From: Moniliella sp. 'wahieum' | Taxonomy: Eukaryota | Assembly: GCA_003971905.1 (NCBI GenBank) | Contig: RSEE01000094.1 | Coordinates: 62,001-126,000, forward strand | Direction: 5' to 3' | DNA: 64,000 bases | Part shown: one piece after another, positions 10,924 to 24,227 of the stretch | Layout: each line of letters opens with the position of its first letter | Numbering within the stretch: position 1 is the stretch's first letter | The notes under the pieces: model-generated | The model's input: the letters and a program-made list of their open reading frames with translations, nothing else | What the model was told of the DNA's origin: nothing | Database searches by the model: none | Program-made: the position numbers and the translations under genes

Positions 10924-13454
10924 ATGCCCACCCACACGTCCCCGGCGGCCTTTACGCCGCTCGACCCCACGCCCTCCGACACGGGCAGCAGCGACGCAGC
11001 CCCCGCCCCCCGCCCGCGTCACCACCTCCTCTCCCCCGCTCGCGCTCCGTCGGCCTACCATCCGTCTGCTCGCGCGCCCTACCTTACTTCCTCCTCCCCG
11101 CCCGTTTCCCCCTCTGGAGGCGGGAACGAAGCCCAGCGCGCCTTGCACGCCGGCCTCTTCCCCGTGTCTACCACGCTGTCCGCCCAGCAAGCCGCGGGCT
11201 TTGGTCCTACCTCCGCCTCCAGCTCCACCGCTCTCGTTACCAGCAGCGCAATCTCTTTCCGCGACGCAGCCAAGACAGGCGCCGCCTTCCCGACCAGCGC
11301 CCCTGCTTCCACCGATACAGGCAACCACTCTCCCGCGCGATACGGTGCGTTCTCCGCCGCGCCCGGCGGGGAATACCAGCTGGGCGGGCTGTACAGCTAC
11401 GACCTGGACGAGCTCGACGACGATTTGCACAGGATCCAGTTCGTGTCGGACGGGCAGGGCGGACAGCGGGTGATGCTGGAAAAGGGGTCGAGGGTACGGG
11501 CGTGGGCGAATGCCAGGGCAATCATGAATGGAGGTACGGTGTTGGTGGTGCTGCTGGGGCTGCTGATGCTGTTTGCTGGCTACCCCATCCTTACGCATTA
11601 CCGTCACCACCACAACAACCTTGGTGGCTACGGTCCTGGCGGTACCAACGCGTCTGGTCAAGTGGGCAGCATGCCCGGCGTGCGCACCGACCTGATTGAC
11701 CCCGACACCCCGCAAGACGCCTACACCCGTCTCTCGGCAGACGGAACAACCACGCTCAAACTCGTCTTTTCCGACGAGTTCAACACCCCCGGACGCAGCT
11801 TTTACCCCGGTGACGAGTACGTTTGTGCCTACTGTTATCGTTATCTTGCTTTATGCCTGATGCGCGCCCATACAAACAAGGGCGCCGGATGCTGACCTAT
11901 TTTCTCCCTCCCCTTTCCCTCTCTTCGCGCGCGCTCTCTCTACGCATATTTGCTGCGCACTACCCAGCCCGTACTGGGAGGCGGTCGACCTGCACTACTG
12001 GGCGACGAACAACTATGAGTGGTATGACCCTGCAGCCGTGACGACGCAAGGGGGAGCCTTGCACATCACGCTCTCTCAGCACCCGGAGCACAACCTCAAC
12101 TTTCGCGGGGGCATGATCCAGTCATGGAACAAGTTTTGTTTCACGGGCGGCGTGTTGGTTGCCAGTGTTCGCTTGCCCGGCTCGGCGACCGCGCCTGGGC
12201 TCTGGCCTGCGATTTGGATGATGGGCAACCTAGGTCGTGCCGGGTACGGCGCTACACTGGAAGGCACCTGGCCCTACAGTTACGATGCGTGCGACGTGGG
12301 TACGCTGGCCAACCAAACCGACCCTACCACCAACGAACCGAACACGGCCGTGTTGGGCAACTGCCCCTTTAACCGCAAACACAGCAGCAAGTCCCTCTCC
12401 TTTCTTGGTGGCCAGCGTCTGTCGGCGTGCACGTGCCCCGATGACGACCACCCCGGACCCAAGTTGGCCGATGGCACCTTCCCAGGCCGAATGGCCAGCG
12501 AGATTGATCTGTTTGAGGCGCAGGTCAACGGGCAACAGCAAATGACTGTATCACAATCGGGGCAGTTTGCCCCGTTCAATGGTACGTGTGTCGCCCCCGT
12601 CTCTTCTCTCTTCTCTCTTCTCTCTTTCTGTTTCCGCTCCCGATTGCCTAGAGCTGGCGTTGGTTGGCGCTGGGAGTGCGAGCCCAGCAACCTGTGTGCT
12701 AACCCATTTTCTCCATTCCCACTCTCTGCTTTCTAGCCTACTACCGCCCCATGACCAAGCCGCAATTGTTTGACCAACGAACCATTGTCAACTCGTACAC
12801 GGGCGAGCTGACGCAGCAGAGCATGTCGGGTGTGACGCCGACGAACCAGCTGGGCGTAGAGTACTTGACCAACGGGAGTATGGGCATCTTTACCGAATAC
12901 GCCGTCGAGTACGAGCCGGGCCACGACGGCTTTATTCAATGGGAGTCCAGTGGCCAGCCTGCGTGGCGCTTGACTTCGGAGCAGCTGGCAGCCGACCCTG
13001 TGGCCAACATCTCTTCCCGTCCCGTCACGCCCGAACCGCTCTACATTCTTGCCAACCTGGGCATCTCGCAAAACTTTGGCACACCGTCGTGGAACAAGCT
13101 GGTGTGGCCCTCGACCATGTCGATCGACTGGATCCGCGTGTTTCAAGATCCAGCCAAGATCAACGTTGGTGCGATCCGCCAGATTACCCTACTCAAGACT
13201 ACATTAACCGTCACATCGAAGCGTACACCAACCCCAATCTGACCGTCTGGGGCGCAGGCGAGGGTGGCTACGGTGCAAACTGGCCACGCAACCGCCTGAA
13301 CCCAGGCGGATGCGATGCCACGCCTTCCACGTCCGCAGGAAGCCCGACGGTCCCCGTGCCCAAAGCCCAAGCCTACCCTTCTGCGGCCATTGGCAACCAT
13401 CAGCCCCAGTGCGACGTGTCGGCGTGGAATGATGGCCAGATCCAAAATTCCTAG
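10924..13454 (+). CDS. KRE6: Beta-glucan synthesis-associated protein KRE6/SKN1 (GH16-like type II membrane protein); introns 11817-11967 and 12582-12736; one apparent 1-nt deletion near 13170
   Basis: Single TM segment (VLVVLLGLLMLFAGYPIL), then [67 protein letters not shown] and CDPPDYPTQDYINRHIEAYTNPNLT. Confidence 0.92.
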
Positions 13455-15008
13455 AGGATCGCTCCCTCCTCTCGCTCCCCCCTGCTTTGGTGGGGATCTC
13501 TCTTGTCACCCGTCCTCCCCCCTCCCTCTCTGTCTCTTCTTCTCGCGCTCGACTCCCTTGTCTTCCGTGTGTCCATCAGTAGCTTAGTCCCCCTCTCCTT
13601 GCTGGTGCCGTCATCAGGTTGTGCACCGATCCGTTCCCGTACCATCTCTCTGCTTGCTCTCTCCCCACCAATCTATCCCTCCCCCACTGGTTCTCTTCGT
13701 GTCCGCTATCCCTCCCCCCTCTCTTCCCGTTTGAGATGTATCTTGCCATACTTACGGATGTCTCACTGTTCCTATATACGGAACGGCTTATAGATCCTTG
13801 ATATTTGTCTCCTTCCTCCCCCTCCACCTCCCGATTGTCGCTGGGCCATAGTTATTGGTTTGGTCTCTCTATTCCATAACCGGCATAACCCCACCAAGGC
13901 CGCGCTCCGATTTCAGCGAGGGTAGTAAGGATGTTTGTCAGAACAGCAGACAAAATACGGTACATGCAGCGCGCTCCATTTGCATCCAATGCGGCGCCCT
14001 CTTTCTCTCGCATCTTATTCTCATCGGGCCTCTCTATCCATTTTGGGTTCCCTTTTTTGCTGTTGCGTCTGGACGCATGCTCACTTGTCTTTTGCTCTCT
14101 TCCACCGATGGTACCGATTGCTTGCCACCGCTTCCTCGGCTACAGCATGGGAAGGACGTGGGAGATGTCTGGAAGACTAGACTCTGACCCGACCTCGCTC
14201 GCGTGCAAAAGGTTAAAACTCACGGAACAACGCCATACCCCGGGCACGGGCCGATGTGACATACACGCCAGACCCCCACGTGTCAGGGCTTCCACCCCTC
14301 CGGCCAACGCGTCTATATACCAACATGCCAAAAAGGGATGAAAAAACGTGTGCTAAAAACCAGAAACTAAGCAACCCAACCCACGCAAGACAGCAAAGCA
14401 ACAAGCCAACTGAGAAACAAAACAGAACAAAGCAAAACCAAAAAAAAAAAAAAAAAACGGGCAAGCAGATAGGGCAGGAACAAATCCCGCCCAATTCACT
14501 CTTTGTCGCCCGCGACAACAGGAGATCATGGCAATGGCAAGGGAGGCAACGTGGGCGCCCAGAGAAACGGGGGCAGCGCCACGCGCCAAGCGTCAAGCGT
14601 CAAGCGACGGGCCCAGGAGGCAAAAAAAGCAGCGGAGAAAGGTCCTCTCACCTTCTCGTTCATATAGACAATTCGTGGTGGGAGAGGCGGCAAATGCCTG
14701 AAAGTTAAGGTGGGGGAGAAGCAGGTCGAAAACAGGAAAATCGGAGTGGAGGCGAATGAAAAGATGGTGGATCGGCCTCGCATGAACATGAAAACGCCAT
14801 GGGCCATCAGGCCTCAGGTGCAGCGTGACGTCCTGAGAGCAAGCTGTGCACCGGGAACGTTGAACCGAGGGAACAGGTGCACCAAGATACGGATCTTGAT
14901 GGGTTTGGCTTGGCCAAAGTGGACCACTGCACCGCAGGACCCACGGTTGCAAGGCATTCCTCTCAATCACCATTGGCGCGGCTCTTCCTCGGATGGGCAT
15001 GGTCACGT

Positions 15009-15986
15009 TTAGTGTTGCACCACGACGGCGGCCCGGACCGCTTTCAGCATGTCCTGGAACGAGGCCACATGGCTCACTTCCGATGCCGCCGAGGAGTACA
15101 CTCGGTTCCACGCTGCCGATGCAGAGGAACCGACCGGCTTGGCTGGCGCAGCCGAGGAAACCTGTTTGTTCTGCTTCGAGGAGGGGGAGCCAGCGAGATG
15201 TTGGGCTGTGGATGGCGACGCCTTGCCGGCGACGCTGGTGGCGAGGAGGAGGAGAGGACGATGACGACGACGAGGACGATGACGAGGACGATGACGAGGA
15301 CGATGACGACTGCGATGCGCTCCCGCCCGACTGAGACGCCTTGGGCCCACATCCCGACGGCGTGCCATCGGCAAAGGACCACGTGATGGGGAAGGTGCCC
15401 TCCTTGGGTGAGCCGAGCCTTGAATAGACCGGCAGTCAAGTCCAAGTCACAGACTACATGGTGCAAGCGCACACGTCAGTACTCAGTACTCAGTACTCAG
15501 TTCTACTGTTGTCGCAAGGATAGGAGAGGGAGAGAAGAACGGACCGGAAGCACATGTGGAAGTCTCTGCGTCGTAGGGGCATGTGTCCATCAAGTGAGCA
15601 AGTTGTTGGGTTCCATTGGGAGCGTGGAGGATGATGGCTTTGAAGCACAGATCTTTCTCGGACAGACCTTCTCTCTTAACCGATCCCATCCCGCCTGGGA
15701 AAGAGCGACGCCCATCTGCACAACGCAACCACAGCACAGGTCAGAACATGGGTGAGCAATTACAGAAACGCAGCGGATGGGCTGGGAACACAGTAGAACA
15801 CACTACAGTCGCATGCGATGGGAAACGTACAGTGTTGTCGCTCATCGGGGGCCCGCCGCAGCTACCGACGGCACTAGCGCCCTCGGTTTTGGGGTGGTAA
15901 AAGGTAGCCTGGCCACGGGCCGAGGCGAAGGTGGGCAGGGCAGCCAGCGCGAAGAACGAGAGAGCAACGAAAGAGAAAGAACGCAT
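15009..15986 (-). CDS. Secreted RlpA-like / expansin-like double-psi beta-barrel protein with Ser-rich tail; introns about 15716-15830 and 15454-15544; frameshifts present
   Basis: Signal peptide MRSFSFVALSFFALAALP, then GQATFY..GSCG, MDTCP and CDLDLTAGLFKA..GTFPITWSF, which is the typical fungal DPBB pattern. Poly-Ser is encoded by a 12-bp repeat at about 15261-15310. Confidence 0.75.
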
Positions 15987-16968
15987 GGTGGGTGGGAGAG
16001 ATGGAGAGGATGTCGTGTCGAGGTTGGACGTAGCCCGAGGCGGTGGGGTAGAAAAGACGGTGGTGAGGATGAAAGGAAGGTGGAGATTCAGGGCGAGAAG
16101 AGACCGAGGAGCAAGAAGGGGACAGGCAGATGGAGGGAGCGATCAAGCAGACAGTTCTCTCCACATGGGCCTATCCATACGTCCGCTCCACGGCACCACA
16201 TGCACACCCGCATAGACTCAGCTCACCGTCACCGGGTCACCGCACGAGCGAGCAAGTCGCCAGGTCTAGCTTGAAGCTTGACTAGAGTGACTTCGGAGCT
16301 GGTCTGGCCCAGCGTCGATCTTTGATCATGCATGCGGTGCCCTGCATCACGCGTCATGCATCATAGAACTTGGTCTCAGATCTCACTCGCCTCGCCCGAC
16401 CCTTGGGCCTTAGCCTTACTGCCCCTTTGTACTTAGCAGCAAAAAACTTATATGGCCGACCCTGGAAGCTTGATAATCACAAGTGTCAATCACATTAATC
16501 CAGCCTCCATGGCCCACGAATAATGCCTAACGCCGATCGCTTCGGTGTCGGCGGGACAACCCAGCACAACCCGACCCAGCGCCACTGTGCCGCTGTGCAG
16601 CCGTATTTCACCGAGCGCTGCCTGCAGCTCGCTTATTAGCTTAGCCTAAGCGCTGAGCATGGTGGCGCACACTGCTTCAGTCGGCAGCGCGAAGCAGTGC
16701 CAAGCAAAAGGCCAACACGCATCCCCATGCAGACTGGCCTGCCGCCTGCCGCCTAGTGCAGCTCGGAGCGTTCGGAGCGCTGACGCCCTCCCTCGCTCTC
16801 TGCCTCGCTCCCCACCTCTCCGGACCGAATCGGACCCATCAGAGCCTCACTAGCTCACTGCCTCAGCACTCACTCACCGACACTGGCAGGACGATCATCT
16901 CGATCATCGATCGCCAACCACCGATCACAGGTCACCGGTCACCCCCATATGCCAGCTGGTGTTGCGCC

Positions 16969-17054
16969 GCATGGTGCATGATGCATGGTGCATGATGCAT
17001 GATGCATGATGCATGATGTGCATGATGCATGATGCATGATGCATGTGCATGCAT
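16969..17054. repeat. (TGCATGA)n heptamer array, about 11 imperfect units
   Basis: Read directly; the longest member of the TNA-palindrome repeat family. Confidence 0.9.
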
Positions 17055-17247
17055 ACTATATCAGACAGCATCACGCGTCACGCGTCACCCACCATGCATC
17101 AGAACGATTTTATATTATAGCCCCCAGGCGTGGGGCCAGTCTGGGGCCAAGCTGCGGCTGAGCTCTGCGCACGCCCCCTTCTCTGCCGTTCCAGCTTCAA
17201 GCTTCAGCTTCACGCGTCACGCGTCACCCTTCGAGTGATGCTTCAGT

Positions 17248-17326
17248 ATGTAGCTTCCCAATAGCTGCCCTTTGGGTTACGCGTCACTATGTAGCTTCCT
17301 AGTAGCTGCCCTTGGTTACGCGTTGC
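17248..17326. repeat. About 40-bp imperfect tandem duplication
   Basis: TATGTAGCTTCC..TAGCTGCCCTT..GGTTACGCGT occurs twice head-to-tail. Confidence 0.8.
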
Positions 17327-18849
17327 CGATTCTCGATTATCGCGTTACGCGTTACGCGTTACGGGGCCTCTGGGACGTGTGCATGATGAGCCAGAGCGTA
17401 CCCGCTCTGTCGAGCAGGGAGGCGGTGTGAAATTTGTGAAAGAGGGCGTCCCCCATGGGGCCCAACGTCCAACACCGGGTAGATTGCATTTGAAATGCGA
17501 ACAGGCCGAGTTGGCAATACTGCCAGACCAGGTTGCAACCACACACCGCCCATGGGCGCTGGCTCAGCTAGAGGCTGGCTTGCTTCTGTCGTTACGCACA
17601 CTCACACCATTACCCACCACCCCCACACCGCCACCGAGAACCACTTAGCCTAGGGGGCTCGCATGGATCGCAGTAGGTCTAAGTAAAGACTCGGCGACAT
17701 GGAAATTCAGAGATGCACCACGTATTGGGGCGAACTTTTGACAAAGGCGTCATTTTGGGCACAGTTATGGTCACCTAGATCACTTAATAAAGCTGACACG
17801 CCACCGCCCCTGGGGACCACAATGGTCCTCGAGGGTGATACAATCGTACGTTGTGGTGATGCAGGTGTGGTCTACGCCAACCAACAACACATTCTACCGC
17901 TGGACCGGACATCCCCGGGCTTGACTGGCAATACTGAAGCGAGAAAAAGGCGGAGCTTCTAGTCCTGAGAATGGACTGAAGGGACCTTTTTGTCCAAACG
18001 CATCACGAGAGCCACTCTGTGGCACACATCATGGTTGTGGATGCGCGTTGTGGTGCCGCCCGTATTAAACAGGGCGGGCATATACGCCTAGCTCCCACCT
18101 ATATCCTCACGCCCATCGGATGCGCTCCCAACCCATCAAAGCACGTCGAACCTCACAGGACTATCCCTTCTGGTCGGAAGTGGCCAACGTGCTATATCAA
18201 AGGTATGTGAATCTCTGATCGGAAACCTGTCATTGATGATTCTTAAAAGTGCAGACGGCCAAATCTGGGAACCTCTCGAGAACGCACTCAGAAACGGTGG
18301 AGATGGAGGTTGTGTCTCCTTTTTCGGTGAAACGGGGGAAGAGAGTGTTCATGGATGATGCTTGATTCGATCTTTAATACTAGCGGGAAGCGCCCAGCGT
18401 GATGTTCGCTAGCCCTGGGTGTCCGGCGTGAGGCGCGCCCACGGTTTTTTTGTGGGACGGGTCCGAACCAAGTGGTGGGCTTCCAGCAGACCAACGCTTG
18501 TGCGTGTCGGGGGTGGCAGAGCGACTTGGGGCCGAGATGGTCCGTTCTCCGCTTTTCGGCTTTACCCCTACAGCACGGCTTGAAGTCTTTTCTGTTCGTA
18601 TGGACGAAGGGAACTCCTATTTCTGGTAGGCGACACTCTATTATTACCATCAGCCTCAATATCGCTCAAGCTGAGCAGCTGAGCCCAGGTAGCAGCTGCG
18701 ATTTGTGGGTGGCATGCCAGCTTCTCGCGTCTCTCATTTCTCTACTCCGCGTCCCCACACCCAGCAATGGCTAATCGGGGGTGCAAGAGGCCTGCTGAGT
18801 CCTCTCCCTGCACGGGCCCCGGCATCTAGACTATAGACATTGCATCTTC

Positions 18850-19045
18850 TTTCCCCCTTATCGACGCGCCCGTTCTCTTATTCTTCGTTTCGCCCTCTCG
18901 CTTTCTCGACTCGGCCTCTTTCCTTTCTCTCACAGTCTACAAGCAGTCTCATCTCTTCTATATCTCGCTCTTATCCGTCTAAAACTCCAAAACTATAGAC
19001 ATGGTTTCGACTCAGTTTCTCCTCTGGTTTCCCGCCTCGTGCCTT
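18850..19045 (+). repeat. Dispersed repeat or decayed gene 5' end, copy 1 (partner about 47140-47410, minus strand)
   Basis: GTCTAAAACTCCAAAACTATAGACATGGTTTCGACTCAGTTTCTC aligns with the reverse complement of about 47210-47252 (GTCTAAAATCCAAAACACTATACATGGTTCTGACGAGGTTTCTC). The upstream CCCTTATCG is also shared. Confidence 0.6.
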
Positions 19046-20196
19046 TCATGCTGGGCCCTCACTCCCTGCCCTTGCTTGTAAATTCTGATCGTTCCTCAAG
19101 AGCCGTGTTCCCCTTCACACCCTCCCGGCCCATTGAAGCCTTCCGTCTTCACGAGCACGACAGGTCCCAAACGTGCAACCTCTCCTTTCAGACGCTGCCT
19201 GGCTCTGCTCCACGACTTGCACGGCACTGTACTCGCGATGCATCCAGGGTCAAAGGAAGGTCTCCGTCTGGGATGCCAACAACCACGGGAGGACCAGTTA
19301 TCCTATCTATATGGGACCTTCTACATAATGCTGAGGTCAATGCAGTAGTAGGCTGATTCGCCTGTAGATATGGGTGATTCATGACATTATACTCGACAAT
19401 GAGGATCATCTGCAAGGCAAGAGAAATTCCATGTCAGCACATGATCCCATCTCGCGCACATGTGTGGGTTGTGGGTCCTCAGGCAAGAAAGTGTCATCAG
19501 GGCACCTACACCAAGCCCAGCCGGCGAAAGCGGACTCGTTCCATGAAATGGGGTGAGGCGACACAGACGCAATTACCATAGAAACATCCTCGGAATAGCA
19601 GGGAAGGAGAGCAGAACGCACCATATGCGGAAGCCACAGGGACCAGGAAGGGGCGCAGCGGCCAAGAAGAGTAAAAAAGGTCAGTTGTTCATCCGCATAA
19701 AGGACCCTACCCTGGCAGGAAGATGAAGCGTCAAAGCAAAAGAAGCGGGATGGCGGTGGGAGGCTGGGAAGAAGAAATCCGGATGGGTGGCCGGAAGAAA
19801 AAGGGGGGGTCGTGCCTCCACCTGGTCCGGATGTTGCACCGATGAAGAGGCCGCGGCTGGAGCAGAAACATGCATGTTGAACGTTGAAATGACATCAGGA
19901 CGTTTGATTTGGCAAACTGGGGCCGTGCGAAGCGCTGTGGCGCCGAGGCGCAACTCGATCAAGTCACATGTCACACTGGCGCCGTACGGAGACGCATAAA
20001 AGTTTCACTGCGAACTTTGTCCGGACAAACCCCATGCGCTTTCTGCTCGCCTGTCTTTCTCCGTTGGCGGTGGAGCCTGCAGTGGTAGGCTGCTGGCTTT
20101 TTGCTACTTCCTTCTCCTTTGTCAGATCCCCCCTTTTCTCTTCTCTTCTTTTCTCTCTCCCTCCCCGTCCCTCTCCTTCCCTAGTCTGTCATCACC

Positions 20197-22382
20197 ATGG
20201 CAGCACATCTACGCCAGACGTTTGCGTCCAAGGACGCCAAGAATGAGCCCGTCTTTGTCACCTTCCTCACCGCCGGTTTCCCTACCGTCGCCGACACGGT
20301 GCCCCTCCTCCTCGGGCTCGAGAAGGGCGGTGCGGACGTGATTGAGCTCGGGGTGCCCTTTAGCGACCCGCAGGCTGACGGCCCCGCCATCCAGCACAGC
20401 GACGAGGTGGCCCTGAAGAATGGGGTGACGCTGCACTCGTGCCTCGATCTGGTGGCCCAGGCGCGCAAGGCTGGGCTCACTGTCCCAGTCCTGCTGATGG
20501 GATACTACAACCCCATTCTGGCCTATGGCGAGCAAAAACTGGTTGCCGACGCAAGGGCTGCCGGTGCAAGCGGCTTCATCATTGTGGACCTTCCCCCTGA
20601 AGATGCCTTTGCGTTCCGCGGGGCTTGCACCACCGAAGGGTACGTTTCTCTTTGCTATCATCCTCCACTTTTTGTCCCCATACCGTTCCGCCACCTACTA
20701 ACCACGCGCGTATGCCTTTCTGTTGTTCGGTACTCAGTCTTTCCTTTATTCCTCTTGTTGCGCCCGGAACGACTAACAAAGGATTGCGACGCTGCTGCGT
20801 CTGGCCGACTCGTTTATCTATGTCGTGAGCAAGAACGGCACAACGGGGGCCACATCGAGTGTGAGCGCGACGCTGGATCCGCTGGTGGCAAGGATTCGCA
20901 AGGTGCAGGCCGAGGAGGGTGTACACGTACCTCTTGCCGTTGTTTTGGTGTCTCGACACACGAGCACTTTACCGAGGTGGGCTCCGTATCCGACGGCGTG
21001 GTGATTGGTTCGCAACTGATCAAGGTGGTGGGCCAAGCTCCCGAGGGTACTCGTGCGGCGGCCGCGCAAGCGTTCTGCGAAGAGATTACCAACAAACCCA
21101 ATGGTTTCTGGCATCGCTCCAAGCCCCTTCCCCACATCTCCAGCGACGCCCCCAAGCTCGCAGCTGCCACGGCAACCCCGGCGGCTGAAGAGCGGGCGGG
21201 CTGGTTTGGGTTTGGTGGGCAGTATGTGCCAGAGGCGCTGTACCAAGCGCATGCAGAGTTGGAGCAAGCCTATCTCGAGGCGGTGAACGACCCTGCGTTT
21301 TGGAAAGAGTTGAGAGCTACTTTGAGTACATTGGTCGTCCTTCCGACTTGTACTTTGCCGACCGGCTGACTGAGGCCGCTGGTGGCGCTCGGATCTGGCT
21401 CAAGCGCGAGGACATGAACCACACTGGCTCGCATAAGATCAACAATGTGGTGGGGCAGATGTTGCTGGCCAAGCGGCTAGGCAAGACACGCATCATTGCC
21501 GAGACGGGCAGGGCAACACGGTGTGGCGACCGCGACGGTGGCAGCCAAGTTTGGGCTGAAGTGTGTGGTGTATATGGGCGCAGAGGATGTGCGGAGACAG
21601 CAGCTGAATGCGTACCGGATGAAGATGCTTGGTGCCGAGGTGGTTGCCGTCGAGGCCGGAAGCAAGACGTCAGGATGCCATCAACGAGGCGAACCGGGAC
21701 TGGGTGAGCAACATTGAAAATACTCACTATGTTGTGGGCTCGGCGATTGGTCCCCACCGTTCCCGTCGATGGTGCGAGACTTCCAATCGATCATTGGCAA
21801 AAGGGTGCGCAAGCAGCTGCAAGCCAAGCGGGGCAAGTTGCCGGACGCGGTGGTTGCCTGCGTCGGTGGTGGATCGAATGCCATTGGCATGTTCCACACC
21901 TTATCCCGGATAAGAGCGTCCGCCTGATTGGAGTCGAAGCTGGTGGGGATGGTGTCGACACGGACCGGCATAGTGCAACTTGTCGATGGGCAAACCGGTG
22001 TGCTGCACGGCGTTCGTACCTACCTTCTCCAGGACAAGGATGGCCAATCACCGAGACCCACTCGATCAGTGCGGGTCTGGACTACAGCGGGATTGGCCCT
22101 GAGCATGCCTGGCTCAAGGACACTGGCCGTGCCGAGTACCGCGTGGCTACTGACGTCGAGGCCCTGGAGGGCTTCCGTCTGCTGACTCACTCGAGGGGAT
22201 CATCCCCGCTTTGGAGAGCAGTCATGCCATCTACGGTGGATTTAAGGAGGCGAGCAAGCTGCCCAAGGACCAGGACATTGTCATCTCGTTGAGCGGGAAC
22301 GGCGCCAAGGATCCCCGAGGTGATCTCCCTTCTCACGGAGCGTGGTTGGGACAAGAAGGTCGGCTGGTATCTTGACCAGTAG
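20197..22382 (+). CDS. TRP5: Tryptophan synthase, fused alpha+beta fungal form; intron 20640-20737; many apparent 1-nt indels
   Basis: Alpha domain: [20 protein letters not shown] and LMGYYNP. Beta domain: [25 protein letters not shown] (PLP Lys), [11 protein letters not shown] and HSISAGLDY. Confidence 0.95.
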
Positions 22383-22530
22383 TGCAACTCTTGGTTCCCA
22401 GCCAAAAGATCTCTTTGATGCATTTTCTCACACATACTCGTACTTGCTATGACTATCCAACATCTCATCGATCTCTCGCCGTCTTGGGCTATAGGAGGAA
22501 ATGCGAAAGTGAGATGCGGGGAATAGGATG

Positions 22531-24227
22531 TCAGAACCGCAGCGTACCCACGGTGGTAGAGAACGGGACACAATCTCTCACGTTGTCCGTGTTGGTCAAG
22601 ATGGAGACCAATCGTTCCACCCCAATGCCGAACCCGCCGTGAGGCGCAGAGCCGGTGAGACGAAGGTCCGAGTACAGCCCAGCTTGCCGCCGCCCGCGGC
22701 AGCATCGGAAGCCATACCAGCCTTTTCAATCTGGGCTTGCAGGATATCCGGGCGCTCTCACGCAGCGAGCCGCCAGCAAGTTCGCCAAGGGCGGGAATGA
22801 GAAGGTCAAACGCATCAACTGTGGGTCCTTGAGCAGGGGGAGTATCGTCGCGCGCATGTAAAAGGGCTTGATTTGCGCAGGGTAACGGGTGATGAAGATC
22901 GGTCCTTTTCCCACGACAGAGGCGAGCCAGCGTTCATGTTCACTGCCCAGTCCTTCCCCCAAGTAGGCGCCGCCGACCAAACGGTTCTTGCAACAGCGCC
23001 ACGGCATCGGTGTACGACAAGCGCGCCACCGCGTTGGTGCGCTCCACCGACTGGACCTGCTCCAGGGTCAGCTCTGAGGGGCGGAGGGGCTGCGAATCGG
23101 ATTCTTGGTCCTCATGGCCCCGCTCGGCCTCTGTCTTTGGGCTGGTGGTGAACAAGGTCTTGGCTTCCGGCCGGACCTGGCCAGGGGGTCAGGATGGAGG
23201 CTTGGATGGCCGAGCGCACCACGCCTTGTACCACATCCATTACCTCGTCCAGCCGCGTCCCCTCCGGCATCAAGAAACGCCATCTCGCCTCGAGCATGCG
23301 GAACTCGGCCAAGTGACGATTGTTCGCTCCGTTCGGCACGGAAGGAGGAGTTTCCGTCCACACCCGGCCCAAGCCGAGGGCGAGAGCCTCAAGGTGCAGT
23401 TGGCTCGATACTGTTAAGTACGCCGGTTGCCCCCCCCAGAAACGGGTCATGAGACGTTGCTGTTCCTGTGCGGCGGAAAGGGGAGGTGGCGCGCTTGAAG
23501 TTGGCTCGGCCGCAGGTGAGGTTGGAGGCTGGCGATTCGCGCACATCAGTATCACTCATAACTTGAAACACCTCACCTGCCCCCTCACAGTCGGAAGCTG
23601 TAATGACCGGGGCAGTGACATGGACAAAGTCGTGGTCCTGTCCCGGAGGCGGTTAGCATCCTGCTCTACCTCGACTCTTTCTCGTTGCCCTAGCAGGAAG
23701 GCCATACGTACCCGGAACCATTGGGCTACAGCGCCATCGATCCTGTCGCGGTCCGAGCACAGCCGCATCTCTGCCCCGGCGGAAGCGGAGGTGGGCATGT
23801 TCGCGTGCGGTTTCCAAGAGCGCATCGGGCGTAGCAAGAGGATTGGCTGGTGCATTACCCGGTGCAATCTTCTTGACGTGCTGGACCTGCAATTCCAGTT
23901 CGCCCGGCTGGCCGTCCGGCCCCGACTGGGCGCCAACTGCCCCACCACTTCCACCGATGCACCCGTGTCGATCTTGGCGTCGCGCACGGCATTGGCCAGA
24001 TCGCCACGCGCGACGGCCTGGAGAAAAGGCGCGCCAGCAGGCAGACTCCCATCGGTGAGGGTGAGGAAGACGACGTTCTTGTGGTCCCGGATGTGGCGCA
24101 CCCAAGCACGGATGTGGTGATGCGCGTCGGACAGGTGCATCCGTTTGCACGGTCTGGGCAGCGAGCAGGGCACGCAGCGTGGGCCGAGGCGTGGGCAAGC
24201 GGCTGCTTGCGGAGGGGGGGACGGCAT
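22531..24227 (-). CDS. SLM5: Asparaginyl-tRNA synthetase, mitochondrial/bacterial type (class IIb); frameshifted; start approximate
   Basis: OB-fold [69 protein letters not shown] and motif 3 [19 protein letters not shown]. Confidence 0.88.

Noticed and set aside
14440..14457. Poly(A) run as the tail of a retroposed element
   Set aside because: No target-site duplication or recognisable body. It lies in an A-rich stretch between convergent genes.
16260..17365. CRISPR-like or telomeric interpretation of the repeat cluster
   Set aside because: There is no constant 25-45 bp repeat with unique spacers and no TTAGGG-type array, and the context is eukaryotic.
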